In this document: positions 1 to 9,689 of the stretch, piece after piece | Position numbering within the stretch: the stretch's first letter is position 1 | How the letters are laid out: every line of letters starts with the position of its first letter | DNA from: a virus | Taxonomy: Duplodnaviria; Caudoviricetes | Virus record (IMG/VR): IMGVR_UViG_3300045996_001685 | Coordinates: 1 to 56,111 of that record | Direction: 5' to 3' (one strand) | DNA: 56,111 bases | Position numbers and translations under genes: made by a program | Notes under the pieces: model-generated | The model's database searches: none | What the model was told of the DNA's origin: nothing | What the model saw: the letters and a program-made list of their open reading frames with translations, nothing else

Positions 1-181
1 GACGGACATGCGGCAGCGCCACGTGCCGTGCCCCTACTGCGGGGCGTTGCAGGTCCTTGAGTGGTCGCGGGTCGAGTGGGACAAGGACGAGACGGTATCG
101 CCGCACAAGCATCTCGTGGAGACGGCGCGGTATCGGTGCGCGCACTGCCCTGAGGCTTGGACGGACGCGGACAGGTGGGCG
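1..181. repeat. Terminal direct repeat, left copy (circular assembly overlap)
   Basis: Identical to 55931-56111 except C128 vs A56058; implies a 55,930 bp circular unit. Confidence 0.97.
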
Positions 182-1312
182 GCCGACCGTCACCCGGATG
201 CGTGCTGGATAGCTCAGCGGCCGTTCGAGGGGCGCGCCGGGTTTCAGATTTCGCAGCTTTACAATCCCTGGAAGCGCCTTAGCGAGCTCGCGACAGAGTT
301 TCTTGCCAGCCGCGGCAATGTCGAGCGCGAGAAGGTCTTCACCAATACCGTTTTGGGCTTGCCGTACCGGGTGACGGGTGAGGCGCAGGACCCCGATCGA
401 CTGTATGAGCGCCGCGAGACTTATCGCATCGGCGAGGTGCCACCGCGCGGGCTCGTGCTGGTCGCTGGGATTGACGTGCACCCGGACCGTATCGAGGGCG
501 AGGTCGTCGCGTACGGCCGCGGCCTTGAGAGCTGGTCCATTGAGCGGGTGCTGATCAAAGGGGACCCACTGGCGCGCGCCACGTGGGACCAATTCGACGT
601 CCAGGTGCGCAACGAAAGCTGGGAGGGGGCTGACGGCTATCCTCACCGACTGTCGCGCATCGCTATCGACACGGGTTATGCCTCGCCGGCAGTCTCTGCC
701 TACTGGCGCCGCGTCCAAGACCACCGCGTGATGCTAGTCAAAGGCGATCGTAATCGCGACCGGCCGCTGAGCCCGCCCAAGTGGATTGACCTTAGCTATG
801 GCGGCAAGGTCATCAAGAAGGGCGTGCAGTTGCAGTCAGTGGGCGTCGATTGGTTCAAGGACGAGCTCGACGGGTTCTTGCGGCTGCCGATGCCTGATGA
901 AGGTCGTCCGGCTCCGGGGTACTGCCACTTTCCTATGTATCCTCGCGAGTTTTTCGATCAGCTCACCGCGGAGGAGCGCGTGCTCGAGAGCACGACTTCG
1001 GGTGCCGGCAAATACAAGTGGGTTAAGGTCCGCGAGCGAAACGAGGCGCTAGACTGCCGGGTGTACGCGCGGGCCGCGGCCATGTCGCTCCGGCTGGATA
1101 TGCGCCGTGACGCCGAGTGGCGGGCAATCGAGGAGCAGGTAGGGGCACAGGTGGTCGAGGACGTCCAACCGTGGTCGCCTCCTCCTCCGCCGGCCGAGCC
1201 CGAGCGGACGGCACCGGCAGCCCGGCCGGCTGCCTACTCGCCGCCGGCGATGCAATCGGGGCAGTCTGTGCAATTTAGGGGCGGTCGCCGTATGCACACG
1301 GCGCGGTTTTAG
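1..1312 (+). CDS. terL: Terminase large subunit (lambda gpA family), C-terminal part incl. nuclease domain; continues from 55239-56111
   Basis: CPYC..CAHC motif, LVAGIDV, AIDTG, RNEALDCRVYA motifs typical of gpA; in frame with the window end. Confidence 0.95.
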   Translation, partial: TDMRQRHVPCPYCGALQVLEWSRVEWDKDETVSPHKHLVETARYRCAHCPEAWTDADRWAADRHPDACWIAQRPFEGRAGFQISQLYNPWKRLSELATEFLASRGNVEREKVFTNTVLGLPYRVTGEAQDPDRLYERRETYRIGEVPPRGLVLVAGIDVHPDRIEGEVVAYGRGLESWSIERVLIKGDPLARATWDQFDVQVRNESWEGADGYPHRLSRIAIDTGYASPAVSAYWRRVQDHRVMLVKGDRNRDRPLSPPKWIDLSYGGKVIKKGVQLQSVGVDWFKDELDGFLRLPMPDEGRPAPGYCHFPMYPREFFDQLTAEERVLESTTSGAGKYKWVKVRERNEALDCRVYARAAAMSLRLDMRRDAEWRAIEEQVGAQVVEDVQPWSPPPPPAEPERTAPAARPAAYSPPAMQSGQSVQFRGGRRMHTARF

Positions 1313-1320
1313 GGGAGAGG

Positions 1321-1530
1321 ATGGTGGCCGCAGTACTGACCGACGCGCAACGACAGGCGTTGATTGAGCGGGCGTTGCTGCCGCTCCGAACCCGGGACAT
1401 CGAGGGCCGGGAGGTCACCGAGCGGAGCGTGGCCGAAATCAAGGCGGCGCTTGAGCTCGCCGACTCGCAAGCGTCTACGACGGTGACGCGCAACCGCATC
1501 GTCAACCTCGTGCCCTACAAGGGGCTGTAA
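1321..1530 (+). CDS. Head-tail joining protein, gpW-like
   Basis: 69 aa between terL and portal; GREVTERSVAEIKAAL resembles gpW; SD GGAGAGG. Confidence 0.8.
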   Translation: MVAAVLTDAQRQALIERALLPLRTRDIEGREVTERSVAEIKAALELADSQASTTVTRNRIVNLVPYKGL

Positions 1531-1532
1531 GG

Positions 1533-3032
1533 GTGCCGTTTCCCAAGCTCGCCGCCGCGGCCTCGGCCGCATGGACCGTGTTGAGCGGGGCCGGCGGCTT
1601 TGAGGCGACCAAATCGGGCCGGCGGCTGTCGACTATGCCGTCGACTGAGCTGCACGTTAACGCGTTGCTGGCGGCCGAGGGGGCGACGCTCCGCCGCCGG
1701 GCTCGAGAAGCCGTCCGAAACAACCCGTACGCCGCCAGCGCTTGCGAGTCGTTCGTCGGGTGGGCGGTCGGGACTGGTATCAAGCCGACGTGGGGCGTCG
1801 ACGACCCGGGGCTCAAGCGCGAAATCCAAGAGCTGTGGGCGGCTTGGACAGACGAAAGCGACGCTGATAACGCGACTGACTTTTACGGGCAGCAAGCACT
1901 TGCCTGTAGAGCGATGTTCGAGGCCGGCGAGTGCTTCATTCGACTGCGTGACCGGCGGCCAGAGGACGGCTTGCTGGTTCCGCTGCAACTGCAGCTACTT
2001 GAGTCCGAGATGCTGCCTTTTGAGCTCAACCGCGACGAACCCAACGGCAACGTCACGCGGTCGGGCGTCGAGTTTGACCGCATCGGACGGCGGCAAGCGT
2101 ATCACTTCAGGCGCTCGCACCCCGGCGATCAGGTTTGGCGGGTCACGGACGCTGCCGAGACTGTCCGCGTGCCTGCAAGCGAGGTGTTGCACCTCTACCG
2201 GCCGCTGCGGCCCGGCCAAATCCGCGGCGTGCCGACCCTTACCGCGTCGCTGGTGAGGCTGTATCTGCTCGACCTGTTTGACGACGCTACGCTCGCCAAG
2301 ATGCAGAGCACGAATTTGTTTGGCATCGCCATCACGCGGCCGACGCCTGAAGAGGGCGTGCTGCAAGCCGCCACGCCGCCGGTGCACGATCCGAATGCGC
2401 TCCCCGAACTCCGCCTAGAGCCTAATTTCGCCCTCGAGCTCGCCCCCGGCGAGGAGGTTTCGGTCGTAAATCCGGGCGAGGTCGGGTCGAGCTACGAACC
2501 GTTTCAATACAGGCAGCTAACCGCGATCTTCGCCGGCATGGGGGTGCCCTACTCCAGCGGCACCGGCGACGTCAGCCGGGCGAATTACTCCTCGCTGAGG
2601 GCCGAGCAGGTCGATTTCAGGCGGCGGGTCGAGCAGTTTCAGTGGGCGACGCTGGTCTTTCAGCTGTGCCGGCCGACCGCTCACCGCTGGCTCGATGCGG
2701 CCGTGCTGTCCGGGGCGCTGAGTATCCCCGGCTACCGCCGCAACCGACGCCAGTTCCAGCAAATCCGGTGGATTCCGCCCGCGTGGCCGTGGGTCGACCC
2801 GCTCAAGGATCGCCAAGCCGAGCAGCTGGCCGTGTCGGAGCGTTGGAAAGCGCGGTCCGACGTCGTGGAGGCCGAGGGTTTCGACGTCGACGAAACCGAC
2901 GCCAGAATCGCAGCCGACCAGGCCCGAGAGGAGGCGCTTGGCCTTGTGGTGCCACGGCCGGAGCCAGTCAGCGCCGCACCGGCGGCCGAGCCCGAGCCGG
3001 CACCCCCCGCACCGCAGGAGCGCGCCGCATGA
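1533..3032 (+). CDS. Portal protein, lambda family
   Basis: LRRRAREAVRNNPYA, RPGQIRG, ANYSSLR, WVDPLKD motifs. Confidence 0.95.
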   Translation: MPFPKLAAAASAAWTVLSGAGGFEATKSGRRLSTMPSTELHVNALLAAEGATLRRRAREAVRNNPYAASACESFVGWAVGTGIKPTWGVDDPGLKREIQELWAAWTDESDADNATDFYGQQALACRAMFEAGECFIRLRDRRPEDGLLVPLQLQLLESEMLPFELNRDEPNGNVTRSGVEFDRIGRRQAYHFRRSHPGDQVWRVTDAAETVRVPASEVLHLYRPLRPGQIRGVPTLTASLVRLYLLDLFDDATLAKMQSTNLFGIAITRPTPEEGVLQAATPPVHDPNALPELRLEPNFALELAPGEEVSVVNPGEVGSSYEPFQYRQLTAIFAGMGVPYSSGTGDVSRANYSSLRAEQVDFRRRVEQFQWATLVFQLCRPTAHRWLDAAVLSGALSIPGYRRNRRQFQQIRWIPPAWPWVDPLKDRQAEQLAVSERWKARSDVVEAEGFDVDETDARIAADQAREEALGLVVPRPEPVSAAPAAEPEPAPPAPQERAA

Positions 3033-4330
3033 GACTGCCCCACCTCGCCGCCCGGGTGTTCGACGTCCCCCTAATGATCGAGCGCGGCAAGCTGGACGTG
3101 CTGCTGTCGGTTCTGCTGCCCCGGTTTCGGGGTGAGACGGCCGAGCAACCGACCGTGCGGGCGTTTTTTGACGGGGTCGACGAGCTCGACGAGGCACCGG
3201 CGGCCGCCGGACGGCTGTATGACGTGACCGCGGCCGGCCACGCGGTCGTCCCGGTCACCGGGACGCTGGTCAAGTCCGGGTCGTGGATTGGCAGCCGCTC
3301 CGGGTTGCAGTCGTATGAGGGATTGAGGCGACAGCTTCGTGCGGCGGCCGTCGACCCGAGCGTGCGCGGCGTGTTGATGCGGATGGACTCGCCCGGCGGC
3401 GAGGTCAAAGGGCTGTTCGACCTCGCGTCCGAGGTGCTGGCGCTGCGTGAGCGCAAGCCAATCGTGGCCGCGATCGACGACGCCGCCTATTCGGCCGCCT
3501 ATGCGCTCGCTGCTAGCGCCTCCCGGATTTTCGTTACGCAGGTTGGTGGCGCTGGCTCGATTGGCGTGATTGGGGAGCACCTCGACCGGAGCGGCGCCAA
3601 CGAAAAGGCGGGTTTGCGCTACACGACCGTTTTCGCCGGCGCGCACAAGGATGATTTCAGCCCGAACGCGCCGCTGTCCGACGAGGCGCGCGGCCGTCTC
3701 CAGGCCGAGGTCGACCGGATTTACGGCATGTTTGTCGATCACGTGGCAGCCGCGCGAGGCATCCCGCCCGAGGCAATCCGCGGCCAAGAGGCAGGCTTGT
3801 TCTTCGCCAACGAGGCCGTCGAGCAGCGCCTTGCGGACCAAGTCGGCACGATTGACGACGCTGCGGCATGGCTCGCCCAGCGGACAGCCCCCGCGCGCTC
3901 CGGAGCCACGCGCGGACGGCTCAACTCCACGGCTCAAAGGACTCCCCTGATGACCGAACACTCGTCGCTGCCCGCAGCGTCGCCTGAGGACGGCGACGAG
4001 GCGCTGGCCAACGTCACCAACCTCGACGCGGTGCGCGCTGAGGCCGCCGCGGCCGCCGGCGCTCGCGCGGCCGAGATCGCCGACCTGTGCGCGCTGGCCG
4101 GGCTGCCCAACCTGACGCCCGAGATGCTGGCGTATCAGGAGGACGGCAAGCCGGCCACGCTCGCCGCTATCCGCAAGGAGCTCCAGCGCCGCAAGTCGGA
4201 GCTCTCAGCGGCCCACACGTCCGGGCTGCATAGCAGTCCGAACCCACGGCCGAGCCAGGGCGTTACGCGCCAGCCGGACCCGTCAGCTATCTACGCGGCC
4301 CGCGCCGCGAAGATGCGCAAGCAGTCCTAA
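3029..4330 (+). CDS. S49 prohead protease (gpC-like) with C-terminal scaffold
   Basis: DSPGG, AYSAAYALAA, GSIGV motifs; ATGA overlap with portal stop. Confidence 0.93.
   Translation: MRLPHLAARVFDVPLMIERGKLDVLLSVLLPRFRGETAEQPTVRAFFDGVDELDEAPAAAGRLYDVTAAGHAVVPVTGTLVKSGSWIGSRSGLQSYEGLRRQLRAAAVDPSVRGVLMRMDSPGGEVKGLFDLASEVLALRERKPIVAAIDDAAYSAAYALAASASRIFVTQVGGAGSIGVIGEHLDRSGANEKAGLRYTTVFAGAHKDDFSPNAPLSDEARGRLQAEVDRIYGMFVDHVAAARGIPPEAIRGQEAGLFFANEAVEQRLADQVGTIDDAAAWLAQRTAPARSGATRGRLNSTAQRTPLMTEHSSLPAASPEDGDEALANVTNLDAVRAEAAAAAGARAAEIADLCALAGLPNLTPEMLAYQEDGKPATLAAIRKELQRRKSELSAAHTSGLHSSPNPRPSQGVTRQPDPSAIYAARAAKMRKQS
3950..4330 (+). CDS. Nested in-frame scaffolding protein (Nu3-like)
   Basis: In-frame ATG 3950 with AAAGGA SD at 3936-3941; helical Ala-rich product, as in lambda C/Nu3. 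Confidence 0.65.
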   Translation: MTEHSSLPAASPEDGDEALANVTNLDAVRAEAAAAAGARAAEIADLCALAGLPNLTPEMLAYQEDGKPATLAAIRKELQRRKSELSAAHTSGLHSSPNPRPSQGVTRQPDPSAIYAARAAKMRKQS

Positions 4331-4351
4331 CCAACCGCCGAGGAGAAACCG

Positions 4352-4672
4352 ATGGCGAAGACACCCCGGCAGGCTGATGAGGCTGCCGACAACCTGTCCC
4401 CCGAGGAGCGCCGCGAGCGCGAGGAGCAGGTCAAGGAGGAGCAGGCGAAAGCCCGCGCCGAGAATCGCGAGGAAATCCAGCGCGGGCTCGACGAGAGCGC
4501 CAAGCTTGCCGCCGAGCACCCGGGCACCCGTAATAACGAGCCCACGGCTGGCCAGCGCTCGGCTGACTCGGACCCGCGTGTGGACGACGGCGCCGAGGGC
4601 GTGAGCGTCGAGCCGCTGCGGCCCGAGGACGAGCCGCGGTTGCCGCCACTGTCGCCCGACCGCATCGTCTAG
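4352..4672 (+). CDS. Acidic, probably disordered hypothetical protein in head operon
   Basis: SD GAGGAG; fills gap exactly; E/D/R-rich. Confidence 0.75.
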   Translation: MAKTPRQADEAADNLSPEERREREEQVKEEQAKARAENREEIQRGLDESAKLAAEHPGTRNNEPTAGQRSADSDPRVDDGAEGVSVEPLRPEDEPRLPPLSPDRIV

Positions 4673-4684
4673 GAGCAACAGACA

Positions 4685-5317
4685 ATGGTACTGAATGCAG
4701 CAGTTGGCACGGGCGAGCACATTCTGAATGAGCTCCCCGGCCACATGTCCCGTGAGAACATCATCGTTGCGAGTGGTGAAGTCCTCACCTCCGGCACGGT
4801 GATCGGCAAAACGACCGCCCTCCCGGCGGCTATCCCTGGCGCTTCGAACGTCGGCAACGGTGCGGTGACCGTCTCGGCGGCCGCACAGGGCTGGCAGGGC
4901 GGTTCCTACGGCTTGGTGTGCACCGCCGCAGCCGCCAATGCCGGCACGTTTGCCGTCACGGCGCCGGACGGGACTAGCCTTGGCAATCTCACCGTCGCTG
5001 TGGCCTTCAGCAATGGTGGACTCGCGTGCACCGTTGCGGACGGCGCCACCGACTTTGCGGTTGGCGACTCCTTCTCCATCCCGGTTGCGCTGGGCTCGTG
5101 CAAGGCGTGGGACCCGGGCAACGGCGACGGTACGCAGACCGTCTATGGCGTGCTCTATCGCGCAGTGGACGCCACGGCCGGTGCGGTGCGCGCAGTCGCT
5201 CACATTCGCAGCTGCGAATTGAATGGCCGGATGCTCGCCTTCAAAACAGGACTGACCGCGGCGAACAAGGAGACGGCGAAAGCCGCTCTGCGTGCCCTCG
5301 GCATGTTGATTGCGTAG
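4685..5317 (+). CDS. Head decoration protein (gpD-like) with inserted beta domain
   Basis: SRENIIVASG..GTVIG and WDP..DGTQ..GVLY..VDAT flanks; position before capsid gene. Confidence 0.85.
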   Translation: MVLNAAVGTGEHILNELPGHMSRENIIVASGEVLTSGTVIGKTTALPAAIPGASNVGNGAVTVSAAAQGWQGGSYGLVCTAAAANAGTFAVTAPDGTSLGNLTVAVAFSNGGLACTVADGATDFAVGDSFSIPVALGSCKAWDPGNGDGTQTVYGVLYRAVDATAGAVRAVAHIRSCELNGRMLAFKTGLTAANKETAKAALRALGMLIA

Positions 5318-5332
5318 AGGGGCGCACAAACA

Positions 5333-6346
5333 ATGCCTATGATCGACATCTTCAACGACTCCGCCTTCAATGTCGTTAGCATGACGGCGGCGGTCAATGA
5401 CTTCGAGTATGTGCCCGGGCGCATCTCGCGTCTTGGGCTCTTTGACGAAGAGGGCGTGACCACGACCAGCGTTGCGGTCGAGCGGATGGGCGACGCCCTA
5501 GCGCTCGTGCCAGTCTCGCCGCGTGGTGGCGTGCCGCCCACGCCGCCCCGGGCGCGCGCCGCGCTGTATCCTGTCTCCGCCGCTCGGCTGGCGCTGCAGG
5601 ACTCAGTGGTTGCCGACGAGGTCCAGAACGTTCGCGCGTTTGGGACCGAGTCCACGCTCATGACGGTGCAGAGCTTGGTCAATCAGCGGCTCCGCAACAT
5701 GGCTCGCGCGTGCGACGTCACGCTCGAGTTTCACCGGCTCGGCGCTCTGAGGGGGCAGCTCCTCGACGCCAACGGCGTGAGCATCCTCGCCGACTATCAC
5801 ACGCTTTGGGGCGTGTCGGCTCAGTCGGTTGTGGATATGGACCTCGACGATGCAACCCCGGCATCGGGCGCGCTGATGGGTTCGTTTACGAGCATTCATC
5901 GGATGATTGAGGACGAGCTCGAGGGTATCCCGTACACCCGCATTCACGGGTTCGCGGGCAGCGCCTTCATGGATGCTCTGTATGCGCATCCCGAGTACCG
6001 GGACACGTTTCAGGCGGTGAATGCGGCGCAGCTTCGTGACCGGCAGATGCGGATTGCAGCATCGTTCGCTGGTTTTGAAATCGAGGAGTATCGCGGCACA
6101 GTCGGCGGCGTGCAGTTCGTCGCGGACGACGAGGCGATCTTCTTCCCGGTTGGCGCGCAGGGTGTCTATCGCACCTATTTCGCTCCGGCCGATTACCTCG
6201 AGACGGTCAACACCCTCGGGCTGCCCCGCTACGCCAAGATGGGCAGGCCGGACTCGTTCGACCGGCTGCAGCCCCTCGAGGTGCAGACTAACCCGATCAC
6301 GATCAACACTCGGCCCCGCGCCACCATCCGCGCCACGCTCACCTAG
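5333..6346 (+). CDS. Major capsid protein, lambda gpE family
   Basis: PGRISRLGLF, TLEFHRLGALRG, FAPAD..ETVNTLGLP, EVQTNP. Confidence 0.95.
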   Translation: MPMIDIFNDSAFNVVSMTAAVNDFEYVPGRISRLGLFDEEGVTTTSVAVERMGDALALVPVSPRGGVPPTPPRARAALYPVSAARLALQDSVVADEVQNVRAFGTESTLMTVQSLVNQRLRNMARACDVTLEFHRLGALRGQLLDANGVSILADYHTLWGVSAQSVVDMDLDDATPASGALMGSFTSIHRMIEDELEGIPYTRIHGFAGSAFMDALYAHPEYRDTFQAVNAAQLRDRQMRIAASFAGFEIEEYRGTVGGVQFVADDEAIFFPVGAQGVYRTYFAPADYLETVNTLGLPRYAKMGRPDSFDRLQPLEVQTNPITINTRPRATIRATLT

Positions 6347-6357
6347 TCGAGCGTATC

Positions 6358-6675
6358 GTGGGCGCGATTGCTTCGATGCACGACCGGCTCTTCTCCCATC
6401 CTGACTTTGCGGTTTCGGCCGTGGTGTACCGGGTGGGCGAGCCGGCGGGCGTCGAGGTACAGGCGATTTTAACTCGCCGGCGGGCCGAGTATGAAGGCTC
6501 GGGCGGCTTGGCTGTGGGGTGGCAAACCACGGCTGAAGTAAGACGGTCGGAGCTCGACGCGGTCAAACGATATGATCGGCTGACCGCGTCGGGCGCCACC
6601 TACGAAATTCGGGACGTGCCGGAGCTCGACGCCGACGGGGTGTGGCGGCTCGGGCTGGTCGAGCTGACGCAATAG
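6358..6675 (+). CDS. Head-tail joining protein (gpFII-like)
   Basis: 105 aa after capsid; beta-rich with D-x-L...Y-x-I...W pattern. Confidence 0.7.
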   Translation: MGAIASMHDRLFSHPDFAVSAVVYRVGEPAGVEVQAILTRRRAEYEGSGGLAVGWQTTAEVRRSELDAVKRYDRLTASGATYEIRDVPELDADGVWRLGLVELTQ

Positions 6676-6683
6676 GGGCGGCG

Positions 6684-6998
6684 ATGCAATCCATTCACGT
6701 TACCGCGGACGGGGATTATGAGCTTGTCCACAGCAATGGCTCTCTCCTCCGGCTCGACCAAGGCAAGGGCTACCGCCTTGCTGTGGGGGTCCGTGGGACC
6801 ACGCTAGGCACCGGCGACCCGGTCGCTAGTGTCGAGTACACCCCGAACGGCGGCGACGACTGGGCAGCCCTACAGGGCCTCGAGGCACTATCCATCGGTG
6901 ACACGGTGCAAATCGACTGGCCCGCGAGTGGTTTTAGGGTCGTGTTGGACGGTGCCACCTCCCCCGATTTCTATATTGACTATGGGCTCGGCTCGTGA
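6684..6998 (+). CDS. Hypothetical beta-rich virion protein
   Basis: ATG 6684 after GGGG; coupled to next gene. Confidence 0.6.
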   Translation: MQSIHVTADGDYELVHSNGSLLRLDQGKGYRLAVGVRGTTLGTGDPVASVEYTPNGGDDWAALQGLEALSIGDTVQIDWPASGFRVVLDGATSPDFYIDYGLGS

Positions 6999-8623
6999 CG
7001 ATGCGCGCTGGCCTCGCCTATCCCGCTGCGGCTGCGGTTGATGCGCTGCTGTCGCTTGGAGTGCCCGTGGAGCGCTACGGCGCCAAGGGCGATGGCACGA
7101 CCGACGAGACACTGGCATTTCGCAGGGCGGCCACCGTTGCCCGCCGCACGGGCGACCCTGTCGTGTTGCGGCGAGGTCGCGCTTACCGCCTAGCGCGGCC
7201 TCTGTTTGACACGTGGGACGTGACGTGGATTAACCAGGGTGCCGCCATCATCGGCTACCCCCTCCCCGCGATGCGCCCCGAAGAGTACACCCGCGAGTAT
7301 GATCTTTACGTTGACTCGGTGTACGGCTCCGACGGGTTCTCGGGCCTAGCGCCCGGCCGCGCCAAACGAACCCTTGCGGCCGCGTTTGCGCTCCTCCCGC
7401 CGGGCGGCCGGCTCGGGCTGGCGCGCGGCTCGCGGTTTCTCGAGGTCGGCACGGTCCTCGGCGTCGATAACGTGCTGGTCGGCGCTTACGGCGCTGGGCC
7501 GCGGCCGATTATCGACGCTGGCTATCATGCTCCCACGAGCGGCTGGTCCAACACGGTCGGTAACGAGTGGGCCGTGGCCGTCACCACCGCCCCGGGCGTG
7601 GTGTACTGGTATCCGGACGGGTCGGACGAGGCGCGCCAGCTTTTCAGCGGCACGGCCGGCTCGCTGACGGAGGGCACCTACGCTTACAGCGGCGGCACGC
7701 TGACCGTCCATATCGGCGGCAACCCAACCGGGTTGTCCATCGTCATCTCCAAAGAGACCTACGGCATTATCGCGACGGGCCGGCATGGTCTTCGGTTTTT
7801 GGACCTCGACATCCGACACCCCGGCAGCAGTTGCCTGCAAACGCCCGGGTGTGACGACGTACAGGCTCAGCGGTGCCGGCTTGCGTACTCGGGCGCAGAC
7901 AACTGGAACTGCTCGACGGCTTCGACAGGGATCTACGCCCGCCACTGCTCGTTTTACCGCCCGTCACGGCCGGCCGGCGCTGACAACTTCTCGGCCCACG
8001 GCGCAAGCTCAGGGGTGCTTGAACAAAACTACTTTGAGTACCCCGGCAAAGACTTTGTCGCTAACTCCGAATTGGGGACGTGGGATTACGTCCAGAATTT
8101 CGGCCGAGAGGGGCAGTTCCAGGTCTACGGCGACGGCGCGGGCGGTGGAGTGCATCGCATCATCGGCAACGTGCTGCTCGGACCCCACGCATTGGCCGGC
8201 TCGGCGGCCTATTACGGGCTGCTGATTAACGCCCCGGCGACGGCTACCACGGTGCATGTCTACAACAACACGGTTGTGACCAAGTCTGCTGCCACGAGCC
8301 TGAGAGGCGTTCTCGTGTCCGGCGGGACCGTCACGATGCGAAACAACCTAATTAAAGGTCCGTGGCAGTACGGTCTTTATCAGGCTGGCTCGCCAACGCT
8401 ATCAAACAACTATAACCTTGTGCATGGAGCGACGGGGAGCAACTTCTTGACTGCAACGCCCGGAGCAAACGACCTCCAAACCGACCCGCTGCTGCGCGAC
8501 ATCCAGAACGATGACTTTCGGCCGGGTGCGGGCAGCCCAGCGCTTGCCGCGGGGCAAGCACAGAGCGGCGTCATTGACGCGGCGTGGGGCGCGCCCCCGT
8601 ACATCGGAGCCTTGGCAGCATGA
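6995..8623 (+). CDS. Parallel beta-helix protein (pectate-lyase-like), possible neck/head appendage
   Basis: YGAKGDGTTDET motif, YVDS..GSD..SG....AKRTL motif, NN ladders, DFRPGAGSPA..G C-terminus. Confidence 0.8.
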   Translation: MTMRAGLAYPAAAAVDALLSLGVPVERYGAKGDGTTDETLAFRRAATVARRTGDPVVLRRGRAYRLARPLFDTWDVTWINQGAAIIGYPLPAMRPEEYTREYDLYVDSVYGSDGFSGLAPGRAKRTLAAAFALLPPGGRLGLARGSRFLEVGTVLGVDNVLVGAYGAGPRPIIDAGYHAPTSGWSNTVGNEWAVAVTTAPGVVYWYPDGSDEARQLFSGTAGSLTEGTYAYSGGTLTVHIGGNPTGLSIVISKETYGIIATGRHGLRFLDLDIRHPGSSCLQTPGCDDVQAQRCRLAYSGADNWNCSTASTGIYARHCSFYRPSRPAGADNFSAHGASSGVLEQNYFEYPGKDFVANSELGTWDYVQNFGREGQFQVYGDGAGGGVHRIIGNVLLGPHALAGSAAYYGLLINAPATATTVHVYNNTVVTKSAATSLRGVLVSGGTVTMRNNLIKGPWQYGLYQAGSPTLSNNYNLVHGATGSNFLTATPGANDLQTDPLLRDIQNDDFRPGAGSPALAAGQAQSGVIDAAWGAPPYIGALAA

Positions 8624-9240
8624 GTCCTCCGGCTGGCGACTTCCCGCGCGTCCCACGCGCCGCTGCCGGGGCGGCTGGCGCAAGGTGGGGCAATCCCGCG
8701 ACGCCCTATGCGGCCGTCTCCGATCATCGCGACTTCCCGGCTAACTACTCGACGCCGCTCGCCGCTACCGGCCACACGCTGGTTGCCCAGCGCGAGTACT
8801 ACATCCCGGTTTGGTTCCCGTACGGTCGAGTCTACACCGAGCTCAGCGTCTACGTTAATACGCTCGCGGCTGCCTCGGCCGGCGTGATGGCGCTGTATGC
8901 CAGGGGCGCAAATCGAGCTATGGGGACACAGCTCGCCCGCGCCACCTTCGACCCGACGGGGACCGGCATCAAGTCGGCCACCATCGCCCCGCTCTCAGTG
9001 CCTGAGGGATGGCTGTGGTTCGGGATTTGGTCCGACGCGGCGCCAGTGATGCGAGCGGCCACGCCCTCCTTTGCCAGCATGGGAGGCGGCCTGTCGGGCA
9101 ACCTATTCGTGGGCAACGTGGGGTTTGTGCGCGTCAGCATCACGCCTATAGGCTCCGCGCTGCCGGCCGTAGCGCCGACCACAAGCCTTTCGGTGCTCGG
9201 CGGGCAGGCACTCACCGTGCCGATGTTGGGGACCCCGTGA
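8620..9240 (+). CDS. Hypothetical beta-sandwich virion protein
   Basis: ATGA coupling; Gly/Ala/Thr-rich beta strands. Confidence 0.6.
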   Translation: MSPPAGDFPRVPRAAAGAAGARWGNPATPYAAVSDHRDFPANYSTPLAATGHTLVAQREYYIPVWFPYGRVYTELSVYVNTLAAASAGVMALYARGANRAMGTQLARATFDPTGTGIKSATIAPLSVPEGWLWFGIWSDAAPVMRAATPSFASMGGGLSGNLFVGNVGFVRVSITPIGSALPAVAPTTSLSVLGGQALTVPMLGTP

Positions 9241-9677
9241 CGAGCTCGACAGAGGCGGCGCTGCAAGCGCTCCACACGACCCTCTCGGCTGTCATGCCGC
9301 TGGACGTGGAGCGCAACCGCGAAGACCCTATCGACCTCGACGCTCCGGTCCTCGTGATGCGTGACGGGGACGTCGAGGATGCAGACGACCCCACCCTCGG
9401 CCCGCCCGAGTGCGCGCTACACCCAAAGAGGGTTGAGGTGGAGATGCTCTTTTTTGCCGCGCATCGCGCGGTCGGCGAGCTCGAGCGCCAAATCGACGTC
9501 CTGAAGCAGCTCGCGGTGCAAGCCGTCGAGACTGACACGACCCTCGGCGGAGCGGTCGATTACGCGTATGTGCTGCCGGCTCGCCGTGACCGTCGGCGCG
9601 AGTTTGGCGTGGAGACTCTGGCCGCGGCAGTAATCCCGGTTGTCCTTGAGTATTGCGCCTCTCGCGCAAGTGGGTAA
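9237..9677 (+). CDS. Tail terminator-like protein
   Basis: GTGA coupling; DTTLGGAVD motif; directly before tail tube. Confidence 0.75.
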   Translation: MTSSTEAALQALHTTLSAVMPLDVERNREDPIDLDAPVLVMRDGDVEDADDPTLGPPECALHPKRVEVEMLFFAAHRAVGELERQIDVLKQLAVQAVETDTTLGGAVDYAYVLPARRDRRREFGVETLAAAVIPVVLEYCASRASG

Positions 9678-9689
9678 GGAGCCCCAGAC

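Noticed and set aside
2642-3028. Long N-terminal extensions in the ORF track (also 9009, 22272, 22688, 24370, 44928, 50669)
   Set aside because: They overlap upstream genes; downstream coupled starts with SDs fit better
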